A stretch of 64,000 nucleotides of DNA from an uncultured Christensenella sp. (GCA_949294455.1 CASFHD010000002.1:20724-84723); one strand, 5' to 3'; shown: positions 10,288-19,774, numbered from the stretch's first letter. Translations and numbers: made by a program. Notes: generated by a model not told the origin, from the sequence alone.

Positions 10288-10914
10288 ATGAATAGACTAA
10301 AAAATTATAATTTTTGGCTTAGCATAATTAGTGCTGGCTTGCTTATTTGTCAAACTGTGTTTGATGTTAATTTTGATAGTGCTTATACCAATGAAATTAT
10401 TTCAGGAGTGCTAGGGTTATTTGTTGTGATTGGTATAATTAATGACCCTACAAAGTCTAATAGCAGTGAAGATGATAAATATAATAAAATAGTAGAAACT
10501 ATTAAATCTATATGTGATAATATTGAACTTTTAAAACAAAGCAATCAAAATATGGTTAATGAAGAAAATACATTATCAAATATTAATAATGATAATAATA
10601 TTAAAAATAATCTTGAAAATTTAGAAAATACTACCATTGACTTTTCAAATTTAAATTGTTCAAAAAAAGAAGAAATTTCAAACGAAAATGATGTTAGTAT
10701 TGATTCTATAAAAGACAAAACGGAAAATAATTCTAATGTTGATAATTTAGATAATGCTTTAACAAATCATGTTACTGATGAAAAGATAAATACGGACAAT
10801 TTAAAAAATATAAATAATGAAGATTCAAGTGATTCCTCTACAAACAATAATGATGTAAAAAATGAACAAAATTTAGACAATTTAATAGAAGGTGCTGTTT
10901 ATAATATACAGTAA
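10288..10914 (+). CDS. Holin, phi-LC3 (Phage_holin_1)-like, with a long N/D/S-rich C-terminal extension
   Basis: An AGGAGG RBS precedes it. The N-terminus RLKNYNFWLSIISAGLLICQTVF ... IISGVLGLFVVIGIINDPTKS matches the two-TM phi-LC3 holin pattern (..KN..FW....SA.LL..Q ... LGI..DPT). The rest is low-complexity. Confidence 0.6.
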   Translation: MNRLKNYNFWLSIISAGLLICQTVFDVNFDSAYTNEIISGVLGLFVVIGIINDPTKSNSSEDDKYNKIVETIKSICDNIELLKQSNQNMVNEENTLSNINNDNNIKNNLENLENTTIDFSNLNCSKKEEISNENDVSIDSIKDKTENNSNVDNLDNALTNHVTDEKINTDNLKNINNEDSSDSSTNNNDVKNEQNLDNLIEGAVYNIQ

Positions 10915-10955
10915 AAAGAAGAACTGCTAACTTTTGTGTTAGTAGTTCTTTTTTG
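10913..10955. terminator. Bidirectional terminator shared by the phage-like operon (+) and tRNA-Gln (-)
   Basis: A 13-bp stem aagaactgctaac/gttagtagttctt (one G.T pair) with loop ttttgt, flanked by an A-run upstream and a T-run downstream. Confidence 0.65.
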
Positions 10956-10962
10956 TTAACAT

Positions 10963-11037
10963 TGGCTGGGGTAGGTAGATTCGAACTACCGTATGCTGGA
11001 TTCAGAGACCAGAGCCTTACCGCTTGGCGATACCCCA
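10963..11037 (-). tRNA. tRNA-Gln (anticodon CTG)
   Basis: The reverse complement is TGGGGTATCGCCAAGCGGTAAGGC...CTGGT-CTCTGAA-TCCAG...GGTAGTTCGAATCTACC-TACCCCA-G-CCA. It folds as a cloverleaf with an encoded CCA and closely parallels E. coli tRNA-Gln2. Confidence 0.9.
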
Positions 11038-11350
11038 ATGACTTAATAATAGCATAAAATTTGTATTTTTGTCAATAAAAGATAAATGATTTAAGTTCTG
11101 TTTTTTGATTTGATATTTGTTAGTGAATTAATTATCGATGATTTTATTTTGTAATTCCGAATTTGATTTATTCTACATTAATACTAAATATATAAATAAG
11201 GTCAAATGTAAAATAAATGATAAAATATAAATTTAAATTGAATTAAATACTTTGAAATAAATTTAGTATATGATAAACTATTATAAATTACATTTATTTC
11301 TTTTATATATGTAAATTTAATTCGATTTTATATGCAATTTTGGGGGATTT

Positions 11351-12361
11351 ATGAAAAAGAAAATAATAAGTTTTTGTCTAATATTTGCTCTTATTATTCC
11401 TGCAGTACTTTTTCTATCAGCTTGTGGAAAAGAAAAAGGTTCAACAAAATTGGACAGAACAAACACTGCACAAATAGTTAGTGTTTATCAAGATTATGGA
11501 GCAAATCTTTATGCTGAAATGACAGGATTTGAACACGACAAATATGAACTCACTGGTTCTTCTCGTAATAATTTAACTCTTGAATTTTCAATAAATAATG
11601 GAGATTGGTTTGAATGTTATCCAGTACAACTTTTTTATGATGAAAGTGGCAAGGGTGTTTATCAAATACTATTTGCCACATATAACTATGGAGATAGTGA
11701 AGTTGATTCTTTCACAACAATGATGACAGGTCAAAATGTAGAGCCGGGAGAAATTTCTATATCTGCTCGTATTCCAGAATCAAACACATACAACGCAAGT
11801 GCAGGCACATCTCCTATCACCTACACATTAAAATCAAAAATTCAAACAATTGATGATAAGATAGGTGCGGGAGTTTGTGGATTTGGTGATCAAGGAACGT
11901 CAAATACCTATGAAGAAGAAAAATTTGTTTTTTATAATGATTCTTCAAATCCATATAACTTAAAAGTAGGAAAATTTTATTCACAAGCAAATGAAAGTGG
12001 TGGCTATGACCGTTTTGTAAGAGAATTAACAGAGGAAGAAAAAACTCAATTTTCTGAATTCGATTTGGAATATAAAGTTGTTAATTATACTTCAAAATAT
12101 ATAACAACTGTCGAAGGCAGTGAAGATGAAAATATAGACACTTTGGAAATAACTAGTGATGAAAATGATGCTATTTATTCCACAGAAGGCTGGACAGGTA
12201 GTTTAAGTTTAAGTGAAAGCAATCTTTGGATTTATAAAAATACTGGACATTATTACGAATATATGATTTTCCTCGTAAGGCTAAAAGCTACTGATGATAC
12301 TGTTCAATCAGAAGCTATGTGTCTTGAAGTTTATATTGGTAATGAAGAAATAACACAATAA
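11351..12361 (+). CDS. Hypothetical lipoprotein
   Basis: The signal peptide carries a lipobox (MKKKIISFCLIFALIIPAVLFLSAC). A GGGGGA RBS precedes it. No other motif was recognised. Confidence 0.7.
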   Translation: MKKKIISFCLIFALIIPAVLFLSACGKEKGSTKLDRTNTAQIVSVYQDYGANLYAEMTGFEHDKYELTGSSRNNLTLEFSINNGDWFECYPVQLFYDESGKGVYQILFATYNYGDSEVDSFTTMMTGQNVEPGEISISARIPESNTYNASAGTSPITYTLKSKIQTIDDKIGAGVCGFGDQGTSNTYEEEKFVFYNDSSNPYNLKVGKFYSQANESGGYDRFVRELTEEEKTQFSEFDLEYKVVNYTSKYITTVEGSEDENIDTLEITSDENDAIYSTEGWTGSLSLSESNLWIYKNTGHYYEYMIFLVRLKATDDTVQSEAMCLEVYIGNEEITQ

Positions 12362-12376
12362 AACATAAATTCAAAA

Positions 12377-12408
12377 ATCTCCTTGAAATTTCAAGGAGAT
12401 TATTCTTT
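12377..12408 (+). terminator. Rho-independent terminator after the lipoprotein gene
   Basis: A 10-bp perfect stem atctccttga/tcaaggagat with loop aatt, followed by a T-rich tail. Confidence 0.7.
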
Positions 12409-12773
12409 AATATTTTTATTTTCTATGATATAATCATACAATAAAAAATAGAAATCCAAGTATTGAGAGTTTAGAGAGAAAATATAGAAGGCACGAAGTT
12501 AGTTTTTTGCAGATTGAATAGAATTCTGGTCAAGATGTAGAAAATGTTATAGCAAATCATGGAAGTTACTATGTTTCTGCCGAAGATGAATAGCAAAAGA
12601 AAACAAATATTAAAGTTTTGTATAGAAATATTTATAAATTGCCACAGGAAGACAAGGATAGGGCATAGTAATATTATACGACATTAAATATATACACTCA
12701 TTACATAAGCGAAGCAGATAAAAGGCAAGCAATTAAATAAACAAATTATAATTTAATTAAACATTAAAGAAAA

Positions 12774-12808
12774 ATAAAAAAAGTTGTTTTTCAGCAACTT
12801 TTTTCTTA
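12774..12808. terminator. Bidirectional terminator-like hairpin downstream of tRNA-Lys
   Basis: The sequence is aaaaaaagttg-tttttcag-caacttttttc, a stem flanked by an A-run and a T-run. Confidence 0.5.
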
Positions 12809-12810
12809 AG

Positions 12811-12886
12811 TGGTGGACGATCGGGGACTCGAACCCCGGACCCACTGATTAAGAGTCAGTTGCTCTACCAACTGAGCTAATCGTCC
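12811..12886 (-). tRNA. tRNA-Lys (anticodon CTT)
   Basis: The reverse complement is GGACGATTAGCTCAGTTGGTAGAGCA-ACTGA-CTCTTAA-TCAGT-GGGTC-CGGGGTTCGAGTCCCCG-ATCGTCC-A-CCA. Confidence 0.92.
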
Positions 12887-13720
12887 ATATATTTTTAATA
12901 TTTATTATATTGATTATTTGCAACAATTCTACATTTTATCTTAATAATTTTGTCATTTTTATTGCCTAAGTTAATTGTTTATCAAATTTATTGTTTATAT
13001 TATTTGAGTTTATCATTGTTAGGTTTAACTAAAATTAATGCTATTTTAATATTGTCCCTTTATAATAATATAAAATCAATCTGCAAAATGAATAATATGT
13101 AAAAAGTATTGTATTTTATTTGCTACCTTTAAAGTTTATCATATTATATTTTTATTGTCAATAAATTTTTTTAAAAATATAATTTGACTTGTTTTTTGAA
13201 TTTTAAATATGTTTACATTTAAAAAAAATGACTTACTAATAAGTCTTTAATTTTAGTTTTGATTTAAAAGATTAAATTTGAGGTCATGTATTTTGTTAGA
13301 TTAAATTTTGATTTGTTGTTTTAGTTTTAAAGTTTAAATTTTGTTGATAAAACTATAATGATTGTTATTTGTATAAAAGTTTTTAAATTATTTTATATTT
13401 TAAAGTTAACAAACAATATACTTATTATATTGTTTACAACTAATTTTATGAACTTCATTTAAAATGAATTTATGTTTTTCATTTTTGTAAATGTTTAATA
13501 GTTTTCACTATTTTTATTATTAAATTTAATTAACAAGTTTACACAAGTTGTATTTGTTTATAAAAAATAATTGTTACAATGTTTTTATGAAATAATGATA
13601 TTTTTTTATAACTGATTTAATGTCGAATTAAAAATACTTTTTTTAATTATTAATTAATTGCATTTAAAACAGGGCTTATAAATAATTACATTGTAAAGAA
13701 CTTTTTGTACCTATTATTGT

Positions 13721-14353
13721 TTATAATTTAATTATATCAATATGTTCAGAATTGCTTACAAGTTTATTACTAATTGTATAATAATTTGCTAATTTATCAC
13801 TAGTAGTTAAAAATGTTTGACTGAAAGGATAAAAACATTGCAATAGTTCATTAATGGCAGATTGAATGATGGGGTCATTAGAAATTTTAAAAAAGATATA
13901 TGTAGGCATTACTTGTTTAAATTGATATAATGAAAGTAATTTGAATTCTGGTAGTTTCATAGATGATTTTCTGTTTATTAGTTCTTTCCAATCGTTATCC
14001 AAAAATAATTCGTGATTTTTTTCAATATCTTTTTTATTTATTTTTGTATATGGCTTATTTATAAAAGCATTGCAATTAGAACTTAATATATTTTTAGCAT
14101 AGATATTAGTTAAAATATCTTTAACCATTGTTTTAATGTAATAACTGCTTATATTTGAATTTAACATTTTATAAATGATTTTTATCAGCAGATTTTCGAA
14201 ATTTTCATCTATATCAATTTTAAGTGTTGTTTTTGATTGCTGTATCGAATTTTGTATAAAAACAAATTGATTATATGGAATATTTGTTATTATTTTATTA
14301 TTTTGTAATTCTGTGTTTGATAAAATAAATTTTAGTAAATTGTTGTTGTCCAT
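13721..14353 (-). CDS. Hypothetical protein (210 aa, N/I/K-rich)
   Basis: An intact ORF divergent from murG. No motif was recognised. Confidence 0.45.
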   Translation of the reverse strand: MDNNNLLKFILSNTELQNNKIITNIPYNQFVFIQNSIQQSKTTLKIDIDENFENLLIKIIYKMLNSNISSYYIKTMVKDILTNIYAKNILSSNCNAFINKPYTKINKKDIEKNHELFLDNDWKELINRKSSMKLPEFKLLSLYQFKQVMPTYIFFKISNDPIIQSAINELLQCFYPFSQTFLTTSDKLANYYTISNKLVSNSEHIDIIKL

Positions 14354-14439
14354 AATTTCTCCGATTATTAATTTAAAAAATCAATTTATCTTTGTAAATA
14401 TATTCGGCATAATTAGTCAAATTTAGCATAAGATATTGT

Positions 14440-15465
14440 ATGGAAAAAATAGTATTCACTGGCGGAGGAACATTAGGACACGTAAAGCCTTGTCTATCTG
14501 TTATAGAAGCGCTCGATAATAAAAAAGTGTATTTCATAGGTTCTAATGGAATAGAAAAAGATTATATAAAAAAGAAAAAAATTGAATATTATGAAATAGA
14601 AACAGTAAAGTTTATTCGTGGTAAATTTTTTGCTAATTTATTGATACCTTTTAAATTGATGAAATCTGTAAAGCAGGCAAAAGAAATTTTAAAAAAAATA
14701 AATCCTGATGTGGTCTTTTCAAAAGGGGGTTATGTGGCATTACCGGTTGTCATTGCAAGTAAAAAAATGAAAATCCCTGTTATAGCACACGAAAGCGATT
14801 CATCTTTTGGTTTGGCTAATAAAATAATTTTAAAGTATTGTAGTAAAATGTTAGTAAATTTTCCAAAATTAACAGATAAAAGTAAAAAGGTAGAATTAAT
14901 AGGACCTATTATTTCAAAAGAATTTTATAATATAACTGAACCTAAAGAAAAATTAGATTTAGATGAAAAAAAGCCTACAATTCTTATAATGGGTGGTAGT
15001 TTAGGGGCAAAAAGCATTAATGAAATAATTTATTCTTCTTTAGAAAAATTAAAAGATTACAATATCATTCATATTACGGGTAAAGGGAAATCTAAAAAAA
15101 TCAAACAAATTAATTACAATCAATTAGAATTTTCTTTTGATTTGGCAAACTTAATTGCTAAAAGTGATGTGGTTATATCTAGAGCAGGTGCAAATTCAAT
15201 TTTTGAATGTTTAATTTTGAAAAAACCTCTTATATTAATTCCTTTATCAAATTCATCATCTAGAGGAGATCAAATGGAAAATGCAAAATATTTTTTCGAA
15301 AAGGGCGTTGCAAGAATTTTATATGAAGAAAAATTGACGCCTAGCAATCTAATCGCATTTATAAATTCCACTATGGATATGCAAAAGTCTTTAATATCAA
15401 ATATTGAAAGGTTAAATTTAACATCTGGTGTAACTGCTATAACTGAAATTCTTAACAAAATTTGA
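14440..15465 (+). CDS. murG: Undecaprenyl-PP-MurNAc-pentapeptide GlcNAc transferase MurG
   Basis: MurG hallmarks present: KIVFTGGGTLGHVKP, GGSLGAKSIN, ISRAGANSIFE...KPLILIPL...GDQMENA. Confidence 0.85.
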   Translation: MEKIVFTGGGTLGHVKPCLSVIEALDNKKVYFIGSNGIEKDYIKKKKIEYYEIETVKFIRGKFFANLLIPFKLMKSVKQAKEILKKINPDVVFSKGGYVALPVVIASKKMKIPVIAHESDSSFGLANKIILKYCSKMLVNFPKLTDKSKKVELIGPIISKEFYNITEPKEKLDLDEKKPTILIMGGSLGAKSINEIIYSSLEKLKDYNIIHITGKGKSKKIKQINYNQLEFSFDLANLIAKSDVVISRAGANSIFECLILKKPLILIPLSNSSSRGDQMENAKYFFEKGVARILYEEKLTPSNLIAFINSTMDMQKSLISNIERLNLTSGVTAITEILNKI

Positions 15466-15561
15466 CAAATTACGAAAAAAAAACTATTGCTATTTTTAAT
15501 TGTTTATGATAGAATACAATTAGTAGCAAGTTTTTTTTAATTTGACAATTCAGGAGGCCAG

Positions 15562-16401
15562 GTGGTAAAAGATACTTTCCATCTATTTTTTAGGGAATTT
15601 TTTAGTTTTGTAGCGACACTTTTGTTTGCTATGATTCTATATATCTTTATTCTGCAATTCGTGCTGGTAAAGTTTGATAATGTTATTGTTGAACTTATGT
15701 CAAATAGCATTTTGAATGACCTTGAAGATGTCTTTTTAAATTTTACAAATTTAAGGTTTGACTCTGCTTACTTTAGTCTTCAAACAACTTTTCAAGATTT
15801 ACAAAAAATTGATATTGTTTCTTTGATTTTTCCTATTATGATTTTGCTTTTAGGATTTATTGTTTTGAGAGTATGCTTTTATCTATTGGAATATACAAGA
15901 ATTTATAGGCGTACCACTTTAAACGATAGGGATATAACTTTAAATGATTTTGCCAAATTTTTGGGTCAACAAATGTTACAAACTATAGTATCTAGTCTAT
16001 TTTTGTTTGCTATATTTTTGTTGTGCTATGAATTTGTGAAAATGATGGTTTTAAAAGGTTTTCCTAATGTATCAATTTTTATAGGACTTATACTATTAGT
16101 AATTATTATTATTTTCCTTAAAAATTTATTTAATTTGAGTTGGGGGTTCTCTATTATTTGTAATAAAGACGCAGGAATTAAGGAAATTTTTGGATTTACT
16201 AATAGAAATAGAAAAATTGATTCTAAATGCGTAACCGACAATTTGATTATCACAATATCTGAAGTACTAAGTTTCTTTGTTTTTATGATGTTGTTTGATT
16301 TTAGTGGCTTAGTTTTTGGTTTTGTAATATGCTTGCTTATAAATGTTTGTCAAAATGTTGTAAATTATTATAGAGTTAAGAATATTGATTATATAAAGTA
16401 A
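15562..16401 (+). CDS. Hypothetical polytopic membrane protein
   Basis: A GTG start lies 5 nt after AGGAGG. Several hydrophobic segments are present. Confidence 0.6.
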   Translation: MVKDTFHLFFREFFSFVATLLFAMILYIFILQFVLVKFDNVIVELMSNSILNDLEDVFLNFTNLRFDSAYFSLQTTFQDLQKIDIVSLIFPIMILLLGFIVLRVCFYLLEYTRIYRRTTLNDRDITLNDFAKFLGQQMLQTIVSSLFLFAIFLLCYEFVKMMVLKGFPNVSIFIGLILLVIIIIFLKNLFNLSWGFSIICNKDAGIKEIFGFTNRNRKIDSKCVTDNLIITISEVLSFFVFMMLFDFSGLVFGFVICLLINVCQNVVNYYRVKNIDYIK

Positions 16402-16429
16402 CGACTATAATAAAATTAAAAGGATATTT

Positions 16430-18196
16430 ATGGAAGAAATAATAAATGAATTTACAGATATTCAAAATAATGATTTGAATGAAATTAAAGAAATTGAATT
16501 GGAAAATTCAAAGGATTCTAAAAACAACTCTAAGTCTAGTAAAAAAATTGCAAACCTTAGAGTGTCTTTTTTAGGCGGTATTGGTGAAGTCGGCAAAAAT
16601 ATGACTGTTATCGAATATCTAAATGATATAATAGTTGTTGATGCTGGTCTAATGTTTCCTACTGATGATATGTTAGGTATTGATTTGGTTGTGCCTGATA
16701 TTACTTATTTAAAAGAAAACAAAGAAAAAATACGTGGATTTGTTATCACTCACGGGCACGAAGATCATATAGGTGGTTTGCCTTATGTTTTAAATGAAAT
16801 TAGTGCTCCTGTTTATGGCAGTAAACTTACTTGTGCTTTAATTCACAAAAAATTTGAAGAACATAAAAAAATCAGTTTTAAAACTAATGTTGTTAAACCT
16901 AATCAAAAAATTAAATTAGGTGTTTTTGAAATTGAATTTATTCATACTAACCATTCAATAGCAGGTGCTTTTGCTTTGGCTATAAAAACTCCGGTAGGCG
17001 TAATTATGCATACAGGTGATTATCATATTGATTTGACACCAGTAAATGGTGAGGTTATTGATTTTGCTAAATTCGCAGAATACGGAAACAGGGGAGTCCT
17101 TCTTTTGATGCAGGATAGTACTAACGCTGAGCGTCCAGGAATGAGTGTTAGTGAAAAAACTGTGGCTGTTACTATAAACAGGTTATTTGATGAGCATAAA
17201 GACAGTCGTATTATAGTGGCTACATTTGCTTCAAATGTTAACAGACTTCAAGAAATTATGAATATTGCTGAAAAACATAACAGAAAGGTTGCATTCACAG
17301 GTAGAAGTATGATTAATATGACAGATATTGCTTCAAAAGTTGGCGGTATGTCTATTAATAAAAACAATATTATAGATATTGATAAATTGAAAAATTATAA
17401 GGACAATGAGGTTTGTATAATTTCAACAGGTAGTCAGGGCGAAGCAATGAGTGCTCTTGTTAGAATGGCTAATGGAGATTTTAAAGGAATAGAAATAGGT
17501 GAAAACGACAGAATTATCTTCTCATCATCACCAATACCTGGAAATGAAAAATCTGTTTCTAACCTTATAAACAAGTTGTTATTAAGAGGGGCTAAAGTTA
17601 TTTGTAATGGGTTAGAGGCTGTACACGCTTCTGGACACGCCTATCGCGATGAATTAAAAATTATGTTTGCTTTAGTTAAACCTAAATATTTTATTCCTGT
17701 TCACGGTGAAGTTAAACACTTAATGGCTCATCAAGAAGTTGCTGAAAGTATGGGTATTGATAGGCATAATATTATTATTCCTATGAATGGTATGCGTGTT
17801 GATTTGAATAGAAATTATTTCAAAGTTGCAGCTACAGTGCCTTTTGGTAGTAGATTGATTGACGGTGCTGGAATAGGTGAACTTGATAGTAATGTTTTAA
17901 GAGAAAGAAAACAGTTATCAGAAGATGGTTTATGTATCGTAATGCTTTCTGTTAATACTAAATTGGGTATTTTAAATAAACCTGAAATCGTTTCACGCGG
18001 ATTTACTTATGTGGGTGAAGCATTGTCTTGGCTTGAAGAAGCAAAATCCGTTATTTTAGATTCTGCACAAGATGTCGATTTAAAGGGTAGAGATTATCAA
18101 ACTTTAAAGATGAATGTTAGAAAGTCGCTTACTAATTTCTTATTTAAAAAATTGAAAAGAAAACCTATGATTATCCCTATAATTGTAGAAAGTTAA
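16430..18196 (+). CDS. rnj: Ribonuclease J
   Basis: Metallo-beta-lactamase/beta-CASP motifs ITHGHEDHIGGLPY, HTGD and HASGH, with a 588-aa architecture typical of RNase J. Confidence 0.9.
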   Translation: MEEIINEFTDIQNNDLNEIKEIELENSKDSKNNSKSSKKIANLRVSFLGGIGEVGKNMTVIEYLNDIIVVDAGLMFPTDDMLGIDLVVPDITYLKENKEKIRGFVITHGHEDHIGGLPYVLNEISAPVYGSKLTCALIHKKFEEHKKISFKTNVVKPNQKIKLGVFEIEFIHTNHSIAGAFALAIKTPVGVIMHTGDYHIDLTPVNGEVIDFAKFAEYGNRGVLLLMQDSTNAERPGMSVSEKTVAVTINRLFDEHKDSRIIVATFASNVNRLQEIMNIAEKHNRKVAFTGRSMINMTDIASKVGGMSINKNNIIDIDKLKNYKDNEVCIISTGSQGEAMSALVRMANGDFKGIEIGENDRIIFSSSPIPGNEKSVSNLINKLLLRGAKVICNGLEAVHASGHAYRDELKIMFALVKPKYFIPVHGEVKHLMAHQEVAESMGIDRHNIIIPMNGMRVDLNRNYFKVAATVPFGSRLIDGAGIGELDSNVLRERKQLSEDGLCIVMLSVNTKLGILNKPEIVSRGFTYVGEALSWLEEAKSVILDSAQDVDLKGRDYQTLKMNVRKSLTNFLFKKLKRKPMIIPIIVES

Positions 18197-18200
18197 TTTC

Positions 18201-18225
18201 AAAAAAGTGCTATGCACTTTTTTTT
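18201..18225 (+). terminator. Rho-independent terminator after rnj
   Basis: The sequence is aaaaaagtgc-tat-gcactttttttt. Confidence 0.7.
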
Positions 18226-18453
18226 CTTGATAATTCTTTAATTGCGTGATATATTTGCTATTGTATACTAAGTTAAATCATAAATTATATTAAGTGTTTA
18301 AACCATTTTTTTATAATATCACATAAAATATTTTTTATAGATTTTATTTTCAATCAGTATGTTAAATTGTTAAAACATTGATATTAAAATAATTTATAAA
18401 ATGTGTTTAATCATAAAATGTATTTATGCTATAGAAAAATAAAAGAGGATATA

Positions 18454-19041
18454 ATGATAGAAGATATAAAAAATTTTGGGAAAAATAATAATATTCCTAT
18501 TACACTTGATGATACAATGAAATTTATAACTGATTATATTGATGAGTTCAAAATAAAAACTATTTTAGAAATAGGTACTGCTATTGCTTTTGGTAGCATA
18601 AATATGGCTAGTAGAAAATCAGTCGAAACTATAGATAGTGTAGAAATAAATGCTGATAGATTTAAAATTGCACAAGAAAATGTAGAAAAGTCTAATGTTA
18701 AAGAAAAAATATCTTTACATCTTATAGATGCTATGCAATATATTAAATCTTGTGATAAAAAATTCGATTTAATATATTTGGATGGACCAAAAGGACAATA
18801 TATAAATTATTATCCGATATTATTATCTTTATTAAATGACGGCGGAGTTATTATTGCTGACAACATTTATTTTCACGGAATGGTTTTAGGTAAAACGCCA
18901 ACACCTCATTCATTAAATTCAATGATAAGAAAACTTAGAGAATTTTATAATTTAATTTTAAATGACAAAAAAGTGAACACTAAAATTTACGATATTGGAG
19001 ATGGAGTCGCTTTAATAAAAAAGGTAGATTATAAAAATTAA
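18454..19041 (+). CDS. Class I SAM-dependent O-methyltransferase (YrrM/TrmR-like)
   Basis: Motifs LEIGTAIAFGSI, DLIYLDGPKGQY and GGVIIADNIYFHG. The start at ATG 18454 follows AAGAGGA. Confidence 0.75.
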   Translation: MIEDIKNFGKNNNIPITLDDTMKFITDYIDEFKIKTILEIGTAIAFGSINMASRKSVETIDSVEINADRFKIAQENVEKSNVKEKISLHLIDAMQYIKSCDKKFDLIYLDGPKGQYINYYPILLSLLNDGGVIIADNIYFHGMVLGKTPTPHSLNSMIRKLREFYNLILNDKKVNTKIYDIGDGVALIKKVDYKN

Positions 19042-19078
19042 TTATAGTTTTAGATGCGTATTAAAAAATAAGATTAAA

Positions 19079-19774
19079 TTATTCAAAGTATTCTGTAATT
19101 ATATTACAAGAATACTTTTTTGCTTTTTCTAACTCTGTTTTATTTGTTATCACCCAAGATAGTATTGGTTTATTTGTTTTGTTTGTATATTTGTTGGGTA
19201 GATTTTTGATATTATATGCTATAAAATTGGCTTTTGAGTAACTTAGTAACAATAATTTTTTTACTATTAATTTAAAAAGCCCTTTTTTTTCATCTTCAAA
19301 AAAACTTGATAATATTCCTAACGATAAATTTTTGTTTAATTTATATAACTTTCGTATGATTATTGGGTTGAATGATTGAATATAAATCTCACCTTTGTAG
19401 GACGATATAATTTGCTTTATTTTTTTTGCAAATTTTGAGTAATTTAATTTTGTTTTTAATTCTATTAATAATGGGACTTTCCCATTTATCAAGTTTAAAA
19501 CTTCAGTCAATGTTGGGATATATTCATTAGTGTTTGACAATCTGTATAGTTCATTTTCTTTTGATTTTAATTCTTCTATTTTTTTGTTGATACCGGTCAT
19601 TCTTATTAAATTGTAGTCGTGAAATACTAGAATTTCACCAGATTTTGTTAGATGAACATCTAATTCTATGCCGACATTCATTTCTATTGCTTTTTTGAAT
19701 GCTGGTATTGAATTTTCAGGATAAATATTATGCACGCCTCTATGCGCAAATGGTAGTTTGCAAATGTTATTCAT
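19079..19774 (-). CDS. Glycerophosphodiester phosphodiesterase family protein
   Basis: GDPD motifs FAHRGVHN..PENSIPAFKKAIE..GIELDVHLTKSGEILVFHD. No signal peptide. Confidence 0.8.
   Translation of the reverse strand: MNNICKLPFAHRGVHNIYPENSIPAFKKAIEMNVGIELDVHLTKSGEILVFHDYNLIRMTGINKKIEELKSKENELYRLSNTNEYIPTLTEVLNLINGKVPLLIELKTKLNYSKFAKKIKQIISSYKGEIYIQSFNPIIIRKLYKLNKNLSLGILSSFFEDEKKGLFKLIVKKLLLLSYSKANFIAYNIKNLPNKYTNKTNKPILSWVITNKTELEKAKKYSCNIITEYFE

Larger units (their letters stand above)
861..10955 (+). mobile_element. Phage-derived head-morphogenesis island (defective or domesticated); no integrase, replication genes, tail module or lysin seen
   Basis: A same-strand, tightly coupled operon with TerL, portal-, scaffold- and capsid-like genes and a holin. 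It is bounded by mnmA on the left and by the 3' end of tRNA-Gln on the right. Confidence 0.55.

Noticed and set aside
10838-11038. ORF 10838-11038 (-).
   Set aside because: It overlaps the tRNA-Gln gene and the bidirectional terminator, so it is an artefact.
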